Below are positions 11,705 through 23,339 of a DNA stretch of 64,000 nt, one piece after another. The stretch's first letter is position 1, and each line of letters starts with the position of its first letter. The notes beneath the pieces were generated by a model. That model was not told the DNA's origin and searched no databases. It worked only from the letters and a program-made list of their open reading frames with translations. The stretch comes from Camelus ferus (Eukaryota). Position numbers and translations under genes: made by a program. Location of the stretch: positions 23,622,001-23,686,000 of the forward strand of contig NC_045721.1 in the NCBI RefSeq assembly GCF_009834535.1, given 5' to 3'.

Positions 11705-12819
11705 CTCCACACCTCCCTGGGGCCTCAAGTCAGTTGGAACCCTTGGTTTCCTCTGTAAAAGAAAGAGAAACCTTCATATCCAACCAGAATCTCAAGCGGC
11801 TCAAACCCCCTCTTCCCCAAATGAGGGTCTGAGGACACCTTGCCCAGTAAGCGAATCCAGGTTTCTGCCGATTCGATTTCTCCCCCCGCACACTTCCCCG
11901 TTCTCTCATGATGATCGCCCTTCAGACCAGGACTCTGACTTAGTTAGCCCTTCCAGGCAGAGCTGTGGATTTAAATTTGCATCCTTGAAAGAGTAATTTT
12001 AGAGTCTTTGGCCATTTGTATCTCAATGCAGTCTAATAGAAAGGATTAACACAACATTTTCCCACACATCCACAAATTGTGCCATGAAGGGTGACATTTA
12101 GTCTTGGGCACACACATTTGAAAACCAAATATAAGTATGCTGACTTCTTAAAAACTGGACTTTCCCATTTGCCATCAGAGGAGGCAATTTTCAAATACAA
12201 ATTCACTTAAGAAAGATATTTTCTTCTCTACTAGACTTGAAGTTTCACAGCTGGGGTGAAAGATTTTCTGAATCTTTCAATTTCAGTGGCTCACTTTTGC
12301 CTAGTTAATGTGAAACACATGTTTCAACTAAGAATGAACAAAAAGTACTTTTTTAGGCTTTCAGTGCCTATAGACAATTCCACCAAGTTTTCAAAACGGC
12401 TCACCCAGTGGCCCACGTTAATCAGATTGCTCCAGTGTGTTTCCTAGAATTTGAATCTTCCCCTAATAGCATCCAGAAGGATGTGTGCTACCACCCTGCC
12501 TTCTAAGAATTCAGACTGAAATAAATGATCTAGATCAAGTGATCACTAACTGGCACCAGACCTAAAACTCAAGCCAAAATGGATTAAAAATGCAAAGCTA
12601 AGACTTGAAACTAAAACTCCCAGAAGAAAGCAGAGGCCGGCTGCTCCCCGAAACAGTTCCCAGACAATGGGAAAATGGGTGCGGAAAATAGTGTCCCTAC
12701 TCAAGGGAAATCTAATCAGCCAGAAAGAAGTGGAAATCTTTTTATCTTCCACAACGTGGATGGGCCTTATTGTGATTAGGTTAGTGAGGTAAGTCAGTCA
12801 TGGAAGAAAAATACCAAAA

Positions 12820-15360
12820 GATTTCACTCTTACATAGAATAATACTAAGAACAAACAGCAGAAAATAAACCAAAAAATCAAGAACAAACCAAAGAACAGA
12901 GGCAAACGCACAGACACACAGACCAGAGTCGCAGCTACCAGAGTTCAGGGGCAAAGGCGCCAGGGTAAAGGTGTTTGGATGTGTGGTGACAGAGGACAAG
13001 GAAAATTGTGGCGACCGTGTGAATGCTGTACAAAGTGTGAAATGTAAAAGTGTACAAGTGAAATTTACCGAATATTAACTCCCAGTGATACCTCTATTAA
13101 AGAAAACCATAAAATTAAAGAAACGTTACTCTGTTTGCAAGCCAAACCACAACATATCTTCAGTTGGTCTTTTTTTCCAAGAGATATGCTGAACACCAAA
13201 TTTAAGGCAAGCTATCCTAAAACCCAGCTGTGCACGTCCCATCTGCAAGCAGATTATCAGAGAGACGGGGGCTGGAATAGCCCCGGAAGAGGGGCAGCTT
13301 TGAGGTGGCTGAAGAAGGCCAGTGGGGGAACTGCCCTTTCCTGGCTAACTTGGCTGCCTCTCCAAAGTCAGATGGCCTGTTCAGCTTTGCTTAACCAGTC
13401 CGTGTCACGTATCACCTTTAGTCAAACCATGTCCTGAAGATACGTTTAGAAAAGATAAACACCTTAGACTTCACTCATGTGGGACACACAACACACACAC
13501 AAAAAGCAAACAGTAAAAAAGAAAAAAAGGAAGAAAGCAAGTGACACAAAGCAAACACATATATTCACAGGGGTGTCGGGGGAGCAGAAAGGGGCGTTTG
13601 AGTGAAATGGATCAACAGGATGGTAACAGAAAAAAAAGCAAGTTTTTGGTGCTGAGCAGTTTTATGGTATACTGGAGTTGAAATATATTATTATATACTT
13701 AAAACTAACATTGTAGCCAAATGATACCCTAGGAAAAATAATTCAATTTTAAAAATCAAAGAACCCATGCCCCATTGCTTATACATCACTACATGTTTTG
13801 TTTACTGTCCTATTTCCCTGAGGGATAAGCTGAACCCCAAATTTCAGTCAAACAATCTGAAATCCATCTGGGTACCTTCTGTCAGTAGTTTCTCAGAAAG
13901 GTGGGTGCTGGACACACGCCACTGGGCAAGATGCAGATGTGAAGGTGGCTGAGTCAACGGGTGAGTTTCCCTTCCCCCACTGACTGTTATCCTGATCCAG
14001 GGTCACGTGACCTTGTTAAGTTTTCCTGAACCAATCAGTGTCATGTATCACCTCTGATCTAACTGTCTTGTTTGAAGACACCTTTAGAATACACAGGTGC
14101 CTAATAGCTTCACTCATGTGTGGAACACAAAATAGAAAAAGACAAAAGGTAAGTTTTAAAAATTTAAGAGGAAAGCAAATGACACAAAAACAAGCACATA
14201 CATTCACAGAACACAGTAGCGGAGACCAGAGGGGAAGTGGCGGGGAACGCGCCAGCAGGTGAAATGGGTCAGCTGTATAGTAACTGAGGGAAACGGAGTT
14301 TTTGGTGCTGATCGGATGTACGGTACACAGCAGTTGAAGTAGATTGTTGTGCACATAAAGATTGTCTAATATTAGAAGCAAATGATACCTCAGTAAAAGA
14401 AATAAAACAGTAAAGAAATGGAAGATTCCATGCCCCAGTGCCTGACGTCACTTCAGTATATATTTTGTTTACTGTCCTGTTTCTCTGAGGGATAAGCTGA
14501 ACTGCAACTTTTCAGCAAACCAACCTGAAATCCAGCTGTGTTCCCGCTGGCCAGACTCCACTGGAAGAGATGCAGCTCCCAGGGTGGCTGCGGAAGGGTC
14601 TGTGGGGAAGTGTCCCTTTCCTCCCTGACTTTTATACTGATCCAGGTCACGTGACCTTGTTAAGCCTTTCTTATCCAATCACGGTCACCTGTCAACTTTC
14701 CTCTAACCATGTCTTCGTTTAGGAAAGTCAACTATACTATGATTCCACTCGTATGAGGAACACAAAATACAAACAAACAAAAAAAGCCAAAAAATTGAGG
14801 AAAGCAAATGACACAAAAACAAACACGGAGATAAACAGAAACAGTAGTGGCTACCCAAGGGGAAAGGTTGGGGCAGGGCCCAGTGGGCAGAATGTGTCAA
14901 CGGTTGGTAACAGAGAGAAATTAAGTTTTTGGTGCTAGCCGTTGCCTGCTACACAGGAGTGGAGCTGTATAGTTCCAATTGTTTACTGTGCACGTAAAAC
15001 TTATCTAATATTATAACGGAGTGATACCTAAGTAAAAAATAATAATAATAATTAATTCTTTTAAATGAAAGTGTCCACACCCTGTTGTGAAAAGCCACAT
15101 CACTGTATATTTTGACTACTATCCTATTACTCTAAGGAAGAAACTGAACATCAAATCCAGCTGGGTACCTCCTGTCTGTCCATAGGTTGTCAGAAAGGTG
15201 GGTGCTGGACGCACTCTGCAGGATCAGATGAGCTTCCAAGGGGCCTAAAGAAGGGCCAGTGGAGAGGTGGCCTTTTCCCCACTGACTTTTATTCACGTGA
15301 CCCGGTTAAGGCATCCACCCCCAAGGAAATGTCTGTCACCTTTGTTCTCACTCTGTCTCA
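12820..15360. repeat. Diverged tandem array, four ~645-bp units (L1 3'-end piece + non-repeat segment with E-box palindrome and CCAAT)
   Basis: GGTCACGTGACC at 14001-14012 and 14645-14656, TCACGTGACC at 15293-15302 (spacing 644 and ~646); recurring ttcactc..ggaacacaaaa..gaaagcaaatgacacaaaaacaa and gtttttggtgct blocks; leftmost unit most degenerate. Confidence 0.85.
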
Positions 15361-16956
15361 GGAGAAGGACTGTACTTTGGAATTTAGCATTTTCATTATT
15401 TTACACTTTTTGAGAGACACCTGCACATACTTTTAAGAGTCTGTCTTTTCCAAAAGAAAAATCAGCGTTTTTCCTTATGCCCATTACTTTCTGAACTCAC
15501 AATTCTTGTTGTGGTAAAATATACGTAAGATAAAATTTACAGTTTAAGCACATTAAATTGTCAAGTCTGTGGCCTCAAGTATATTCATACTGTCCGGCAG
15601 CCATCCACATCTTCCACGGCTTGAGCTTGACCCTCCCCACCGAGTCTCCGCAGACGGGAAAAAGAGAGACAGCCTTTTCCCACACACACAGCTGTCTCTA
15701 TGCTATGGGAAGGCTACGGTGCGTATTGTGGTACACACATTTGAAAACCAAAAGGAAAGTCTGCTTGCTTCTTGAAATTTGACTTTCCCATTTGACATCA
15801 GAGGAGGCCATTTTCAAATGCAAATTTACTTAGGAAAAATATATCTCTTCCCCTAGACTGGAGGCTTCACAGCTGAGCATCTGTTTTATTTATATCTTTT
15901 ATCTTTGGCGTGCAATTTTATATAGTTTATAATACTGTGAAATAAAGAGGTTTCAGCGAAGAATGAACACATAAATGGTTGAGGCTTCAGTGCCTATAGA
16001 AATCCCCACCAGAACCTCACATTTGCCATTATCCTTCTTCCCTGGGCCATCTGAACAATGATTTTTCTCCTGAACGTAAGAGATTGACCAGTTTTTCCTT
16101 TCTTTATCTGAATGTATTCTCACAAGTGAAAAGTGTATTTTTTAAGTAATACATGATTTTAGTTTAAACTAATGAAAAAATAAATGTTCACTGTTGTTAG
16201 GCATATGGGAGAGAGGTGCCTGGTTTCTCACATGAAACTTCAAAAATACAGGAAAACTTCATTTTCATTTCAATACTGTCATTCATACCTTAAATAGTTT
16301 ATAATGTGACATATGTGAGTGTTTCCTTTTCTACTTTCTTTTGAAATTCTGAAGTTCACACTGGCTCGATTTTGGAAAGACCAAATCCCACATGGTCTTT
16401 TTGCTGAAATTTCCCAAAGACTATTCCAAATAAAGACTCTCCTTGTGTGTCCTTAACAAATATCAGTTTACCCAACATTCTCCCTGTACTGATGGTCATC
16501 GTCTTGACTGAGATGGATTAATTGTGGAAGAGAGCTTCTCCTTAGGCAGGGAACAGAAGCGCCCCTGGGGTTCACGCGGAGGGGGTCGAGCCCTAACCAC
16601 TGCTGCTCCAGGGCTCCAGCACTGAGGTCACGTCCCCCGAATCCAGCTCCATCCTCTCAGACCTTCAGGGAAGCAGACATACAGAAAGGAGTCAGGACTG
16701 TGAAGTTTGACAGTCAAGGCTCCTGCAACTCTGAATCCTCCTGTTTAGATTTCTGCAGCCTTCTCAGTGTTTACACACAAATCCAGGGATAGCATTTTGC
16801 AGGTGTAAACCACCCAGCCACCAACTGACTTTCTCCATCACACCTTCTGTGCTCAGGTTTATACCTGGTGGATGTCTGAGTAACCAAGGCTTCTCCATCT
16901 CATCTCTGAATCTCAGTGTCCTTGGCTTCAAATTAGATCCAGTGAAAGCTGAGGAG

Positions 16957-18056
16957 TAAAAAAAATAGAACAGAGTGACAACCTATGGAATGGGAGAAAA
17001 TTTTTGCAAATGAAACCGACAAAGGCTTGATTTCCAGAATATATAAGCAGCTCANNNNNNNNNNNNNNNNNNNNNNNNNNNNNNNNNNNNNNNNNNNNNN
17101 NNNNNNNNNNNNNNNNNNNNNNNNNNNNNNNNNNNNNNNNNNNNNNNNNNNNNNNNNNNNNNNNNNNNNNNNNNNNNNNNNNNNNNNNNNNNNNNNNNNN
17201 NNNNNNNNNNNNNNNNNNNNNNNNNNNNNNNNNNNNNNNNNNNNNNNNNNNNNNNNNNNNNNNNNNNNNNNNNNNNNNNNNNNNNNNNNNNNNNNNNNNN
17301 NNNNNNNNNNGGTGGGAATGCAGTTTGGTGCAGCCACTGTGGAAAACAGTATGGAGATTCCTCAAAAGACTAGGAGTAGACTTACCGTATGACCCAGGAA
17401 TCCCGCTCCTGGACATATATCCAGAAGGAACCCTACTTCAAAAAGACACCTGCACCCCAGTGTTCATAGTAGCTCTATTTACAATAGCTAAGACATGGAA
17501 NNNNNNNNNNNNNNNNNNNNNNNNNNNNNNNNNNNNNNNNNNNNNNNNNNNNNNNNNNNNNNNNNNNNNNNNNNNNNNNNNNNNNNNNNNNNNNNNNNNN
17601 NNNNNNNNNNNNNNNNNNNNNNNNNNNNNNNNNNNNNNNNNNNNNNNNNNNNNNNNNNNNNNNNNNNNNNNNNNNNNNNNNNNNNNNNNNNNNNNNNNNN
17701 NNNNNNNNNNNNNNNNNNNNNNNNNNNNNNNNNNNNNNNNNNNNNNNNNNNNNNNNNNNNNNNNNNNNNNNNNNNNNNNNTAGACATAGAATACAAACTT
17801 GTGGATGCCAAGGGTGCGGGGGGTGGGAAGGGACAGACTGGGATTTCAAAATGTAGAATAGATAAACAAGATTATACTGTGTAGCACAGGGAAATATATA
17901 AAGGATCTTGTGGTAGCTCACAGCGAAAAACAATGTGACAATGAATGTATGTATGTTCATGTATAACTGAAACATTGTGCTCTACACTGGAATTTGACAC
18001 AACATTGTAAAATGACTATAACTCAATTTAAAAAATGTTAAAAAAAAAAAAAAAAA
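16957..18056 (+). mobile_element. 5'-truncated camelid-type L1 with poly(A); contains two N runs
   Basis: ORF2 C-terminal remnants (MEWEKIFANETDKGLISRIYKQL; [26 protein letters not shown]), L1 3'-UTR, A-tail 18040-18056; N at 17055-17310 and 17501-17780. Confidence 0.92.
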
Positions 18057-18184
18057 GATGTCGGCTCTAAAATGGACAGTTGTTACACAAATCAGGACAG
18101 TTATCGCTGTGGGGACATGAAAGCCCAGAGCTGCCAGCTCTTCCAGTTTTCTCAAGAGAAGTTGGAACTCTGGATTTGTTTCTT

Positions 18185-18314
18185 TTTAGGAGGTGGAGTG
18201 GAGGGGAGGTAACTGGGTTTGTTTGTTTGTTTAATGGAGGTGCTGGGGATTGGACCCGGGGCCTTGTGCGTGCTGAGCACGCTCTCTACCCCTGAGCTGT
18301 ACTCTCCCCGCTGC
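18185..18314 (-). mobile_element. tRNA-derived SINE (vic-1-like, camelid)
   Basis: Reverse-strand A/B-box tRNA-like head, simple-repeat tail, 11-bp TSD ATTTGTTTCTT at 18174-18184 and 18315-18325. Confidence 0.85.
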
Positions 18315-19448
18315 ATTTGTTTCTTAATATGAAGTTTCTCCAGTTTTAAATATGGCAGCGAATTAGAAATGTAAAAAGCTGGGCCTCCGCTTGGCCCCTT
18401 CTCACCTGCAGTTTTTATCTGAACTTGGGATTTGTACCGCACTCTCAAAATACCGTGTCGTCTCTTCTGAGTTTCCTCCCTCACTCTTTTACTACCAAGC
18501 CCATTTATTATAAGCAAAAAATAAATATAACATTCACCAAACATTAAAAAAAAAAAAAGAACAGTGCATGCAAGGATACTTCCTTAGGTTTCCTTTACTG
18601 TTATTACAATGGAAAAAGGTTTCCCAGACATTCATTCAAAAAGCTTCTTGAATAAAAGTTTAGCCAATTAATCGAAGAGAAAGTGTAGCTTGTCTAATCA
18701 CAATGATAGCATCAGATTTTGAACAGGGCCTCCAAGAGGACCTGATGAGGACCTGGTCTCTCGCTGGAATACGGCACAGTGTGTGTAAGAGAACCAGGGA
18801 TGCTCAGCCTGGCGGCTCAGAGGAGAAACAGAGGTAGCACATAAAATCTGGCTAAATAGAACCCAGGATTTGGCATAGGTACGCTTATTGGGGTGATGTA
18901 TTAACGGGGGAAAAAAGGCTATACAACAAAAATAAAACCAGACACAGGATTTATGTTGTTAGCCTTTTTACACCTTCACCCAGGTAGACAAACATACTTT
19001 TAAATACCTTCATGCTCATTATAAATACAAAACAAAATAGACTGAGATCTGAAAGTTTAGGAGCAAAAGCATTGGATAGTAATTTTTTAAATTACAGTTC
19101 TACATAAACTCTGGTTTGTAACTAACTGAAGAGTTCTGCTTACAAAACATGGGAGCTTGCTTTGGAAAATTAGCATACAGATCATGAAGAAGTGAATGTC
19201 CCACACCAACCGGAATCACTTGGTAAGACTCTGGAAGCCAGTGGCTAAAATCTGTCAGGAGGCTAAAATATTTGTTTTTCCTTTGGGTGGAGGTGGCCTG
19301 AAGGGCAAAAATCTTTTTAACAAGTTTCTTATGAAATGAATTGTGTTCCCCCACCCCCAAATTCACAGGTTGAAGTTTTAAACCACCTGATGAAGGTATC
19401 TGGGGAGGCTAAGGCAAGTGTCGCCTTCAGGCCGACTCATTACCATTC

Positions 19449-19632
19449 TAATCCTATCAAAGGTGTTTTCCAGTCTTTTGTAAACAGAAATCCTTGAAAG
19501 GTGACCATTGTTCTAACCCGGGGGTTGAGATGACCACGCCCTCAGTCCTTAATCCAATTAAGCGCTTGCAGCGGATTGGTGGATCTCCCGCCGGTGGGGG
19601 CGGGGTGGGGGCGCGGGTGGTGGGCTATAAAA
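19449..19632 (+). promoter_or_regulatory. USP17L proximal promoter
   Basis: TAATCCTATCA 19449-19459, TAATCCAATTA 19550-19560, inverted CCAAT 19575-19579, G-rich GC boxes 19596-19624, TATAAAA 19626-19632, 113 nt before the ATG. Confidence 0.7.
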
Positions 19633-19744
19633 GGGCTGGTGGGCTGGCCCAGGCTGGCCCTCGCTGTCTGCCCCGGGGATAGAAGCATCGCTGTGCAGCT
19701 TGAGCTCCCAGACGCAAAACCCTGTAGACATTATTCACAGCGAC

Positions 19745-21334
19745 ATGGAGGCTGCTTCTCTCAACTGGGGTGATGCGTATCAGTTCAACGTCTTTCCAAA
19801 ACTCAAATCTTCTCAGTCAGGTGCAGCTGGTGGTGATGTCCAGTGGGGACCCTCTCGACCTGAGAAGTCGTCCGCATCATCAGAGACAGCTTGCAACCAG
19901 CGCAGTGATCTTGCTCCTGTGTCAGCAGGGCTGGCTCCCGCCAAGAAACGTCTGAGTTGGAAGACCCCTTCCGTGGCGGGGGCTGGACTGCAGAACACGG
20001 GGAACACTTGCTACGTGAATGCAGCGCTGCAGTGTCTGACACACACGCCACCCCTGGCCAGCTCTATGCTGTCCCGGCAGCACTGGAAAGTCTGTCAGAA
20101 GCGGGCCTTCTGCATGGTGTGTGCTGTGCAAGCTCACGTGACCCGAGCCCTCCTTCATCCTGGAGAGGTGATCAAGCCCCGGCAGGACCTGGTCACCAGC
20201 TTCCACAGAGACCAGCAAGAAGACGCCCATGAGTTTCTGATGTTCATGCTGAATGCCATGCAGCAGGTGTGCCTGAGCGGGTATGAGCTGTCAGATCGTC
20301 ACTCTGAGGACACCTCCCTCGTCCCTCGCATCTTTGGAGGCTCCTGGAGATCTCAAATCCAGTGTCTCCACTGCCTAGGTGTTTCAGACACTTTTGACCC
20401 TTATCTAGACATCACCCTGGACATCTCTGCAGCTCAGAGTGTGAACCAAGCTTTGAGAGAGTTGGTGAAGCCCGAACAGCTGGATGGTGAAAATTCCTAC
20501 CACTGTAGTGTTTGTCTCAGGAAGGTGCCTGCTACCAAGAGGCTGACTTTGCACAGAGCCTCCAAGGTCCTCATCCTAGTGCTGAAAAGGTTCACAGATT
20601 TTACAGGCGGCAAAGTGGGTAAGAAAGTGTGCTACCCCGAGTGCCTTGACCTGAGCCCCTACATGTCTGAGCAGGAGGCAGGGCCCCTTGACTACGTGCT
20701 CTACGCCGTGCTGGTCCACTCGGGGTGGAGCTGTCACAGAGGACATTATTTCTGTTATGTCAAAGCTGGAAACGGCCAGTGGTACAGAATGGACGATGCC
20801 AAGGTAACCGCCTGTGACGGTACTTCTGCCCTGAGCCAAAGTGCCTATGTCCTCTTCTACGTCCAGAAGAGTGAGCTGGAGGGAGACGGCAAGGGAGTGT
20901 CCACAGGTCAGGAAGCAGCCTCCCTGGGGGCTGAGCCCACAGGCATGGCCGCCGCCCACCAGGAGCCTGACAGAGACTCCAGTGTCAGAGTTCCTGGGTC
21001 GGAGGAGCAACTGGAGGACACAGAAACCCCAGAAGTCACCTTAGAGCAGTGGAGGTGCCTCCAAGAACTCAGCCGCCCTAAGCCTGAATTCACCCTCAGG
21101 AAGGTCGACTCTGACGTGCCCGCAGATGCAGTGGTGATTCACCAGTCGAAATATGGAGATAGGATGAGAATGAAACAGCCCGAACAGGACACCTACCAGC
21201 CCAGTCCTTCAGGCAGGGAGGCCTCAGCTCAGGGGCCAATAGTTATTGGCAGCATCCCTTGTCTCAGAGGGAAGCCCAGAGCCTCCAAGAAAAAGGGCAA
21301 GAAGAAGCAGAGGTCTGCGGGTGCCCTGCAGTAA
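19745..21334 (+). CDS. USP17L: Ubiquitin carboxyl-terminal hydrolase 17-like (USP17/DUB family), intronless, 529 aa
   Basis: ATG at 19745 (MEAASLNWGDAYQFNVFPKL, like human [20 protein letters not shown]); Cys box GLQNTGNTCYVNAALQCL, QEDAHEFL, His box GHYFCYVK, Asp in WYRMDD, Zn Cys pairs CLHC/CSVC; USP17-type tail VVIHQSKY. Paralog number cannot be assigned. Confidence 0.97.
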   Translation: MEAASLNWGDAYQFNVFPKLKSSQSGAAGGDVQWGPSRPEKSSASSETACNQRSDLAPVSAGLAPAKKRLSWKTPSVAGAGLQNTGNTCYVNAALQCLTHTPPLASSMLSRQHWKVCQKRAFCMVCAVQAHVTRALLHPGEVIKPRQDLVTSFHRDQQEDAHEFLMFMLNAMQQVCLSGYELSDRHSEDTSLVPRIFGGSWRSQIQCLHCLGVSDTFDPYLDITLDISAAQSVNQALRELVKPEQLDGENSYHCSVCLRKVPATKRLTLHRASKVLILVLKRFTDFTGGKVGKKVCYPECLDLSPYMSEQEAGPLDYVLYAVLVHSGWSCHRGHYFCYVKAGNGQWYRMDDAKVTACDGTSALSQSAYVLFYVQKSELEGDGKGVSTGQEAASLGAEPTGMAAAHQEPDRDSSVRVPGSEEQLEDTETPEVTLEQWRCLQELSRPKPEFTLRKVDSDVPADAVVIHQSKYGDRMRMKQPEQDTYQPSPSGREASAQGPIVIGSIPCLRGKPRASKKKGKKKQRSAGALQ

Positions 21335-21355
21335 GCTCTGAGGCGCATCCCTGCA

Positions 21356-21356
<1 letters not shown>

Positions 21357-21394
<38 letters not shown>
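21357..21394. repeat. (AC)19 microsatellite just 3' of the USP17L stop
   Basis: Perfect AC run starting 23 nt after TAA. Confidence 0.97.
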
Positions 21395-21398
<4 letters not shown>

Positions 21399-23339
21399 TC
21401 ACTTAGGGGTGAATAATCTGGACAGGGGAAGGGACTGTCTATCTGGAGTGTTCACGGGACGGGGTGTTCGGTGTCAACTTGTGACTGCTGAGCTCTGAGA
21501 TGTGACTGTCCAGGCTGATGTCGCTGGGGAGGGTGAGATTCATTTCTGGGTCTGAGAAACCTCTGAGGACTTTCCACTTGTGCTGTGTTTGAAGAGTCAT
21601 TTGCTGATGGGGTGTCTGTTTTTTGCAATTTTGATTCTCGTGAATCGTGCAGCCTGGAGGCGCCTCAGGTGCGCTCACGTCCACCCAGGCAAGGACAGTG
21701 TTTTCTTACCAGTTCTGGAAGCCCAGGCACCTCCCCTGCCTGCTGGCGCCCGCCTCCCCTGGGTCAGGCTCGCACAGAGAAGTCCACACATTCTGGGGAC
21801 TGAGAGCTTTAGGTGGGAAATGGGCCACCAGGTTTTGCAGGGTGGAAATCGTTCTGAGGATTTGGACCACCTGAGAACATGCCTGACAGTAATGACCAGG
21901 TTATCCATTCCTCACTTGACCTTTACAATAACAAGGACACTTGTCCAAAGATATCTGTGGCTTGACTTCCATTAGACAAGATGTGTTGAAAACTATACAG
22001 ATGCCAAACAACAGGAAAAAGGATTAAACACATCTGCAGGAATAAACCGCAAAGCACCTTGGACCTGATGAGCAGAGGACAGGTGTCAGCGGGGAGACTT
22101 TTCAAGAAGCTTGATTTGAGTCCCAAGGTAAAATGCAGAATGAAAGTGTTTATTGATAAATGTGCATGTTTTTACTCCCAGAAAATATAAATTGTTGAAA
22201 GTATGTATGTGTATTAAAATCCATAATTGCTTGGAAATGTGATTAACAGAGTACTACGTGTTTTTCAGGATGAGACTGGATCCAGTGTGATAGATCGCGT
22301 TGATGACCTGACATTGCTTAAGGGTGGCCTGCCCTGGAGAAGGAACTGGGAAGGAAAGTTTCCTGCAGTCGAAGCCTCAGGCTTCCTGGAAGCTGCATCG
22401 TGTCCAGCAGAGCTGGGAAGCACCCACCTATCTGAGATCTGCTGACACCCAGAAGGATGGCTGAGAGGTTTCAGGTTGGTTTCCACTAAATTTTGGTCCT
22501 TGATTCTTACCTGAGAAAGGTAGTCTAACTGGAGAAATAGTTCGCGATGTGGCTTTACATGTCGAGTACGGATTCTTTAACTTGCAGTCATGTTTCTTAG
22601 GAGAGAGGATGATAAAACCCACCCTGTCAATTACTAAATGGTGGTTCAAATTCGTCTGGTTTGTAAGGGGCAGTGTCTGAGCGGTTATGGAACCTGGTGG
22701 TTTGCCAAATGCATTTAGAGGCTAAATAATTTATTTTTCATGCTTTGTTCAAACATAGAAATTTCACACTTATTAGAAAATATTTAAAAAGTGGGTGTTG
22801 AAGAAAACTGATTAAAACAGTCCACACCCTCAACAGTGTAGCCCCCAGGCTCAGAGGAAGAAAACAGTTTTCTAGGTTAAGTTGTAGTTGAAAATTGCCT
22901 CTCCTCATGTCAAATGGGATTCTTTGAATTTTGAGGAGGAAACATTTTTTATTTCAGATTTTCAAATATCATAACCAGAGGTTAGATGTCGAATTCTCAC
23001 ATCACCCTTTTATTTTGTGTGTCACATGACCGGTTATCCATCTTTCTCTGATACTGCCTGTTGTGATAACCTTCACAGAGCCTCAAAATCCAGTCTTCCA
23101 TGAGTGAAAATTGACATTCAGCCTTAATAGACAGTCATCTGTCTTGTCTTTGCGGGGTTCCACTCTGGGAAGGGTAACCTTGCAGAGCATGGTAAATGTC
23201 TCATCATGTGACACGACTGGGTGTAAAGAAGGAAATGGTTATTGGTTTGATCAGTGGTCACTATCTCCACTTGGAGGAGAGGGTGCAGAAGGGACAGTCT
23301 GTGTGTTTATGTGACATCATTTTCCTTTTCATGATTCAG

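Noticed and set aside
16928-17975. Long ORFs containing X runs
   Set aside because: Artefacts of N gaps inside an L1.
19700-19744. 15-codon N-terminal extension of USP17L in the ORF track
   Set aside because: It starts at TTG; homology and a good Kozak context point to ATG 19745.
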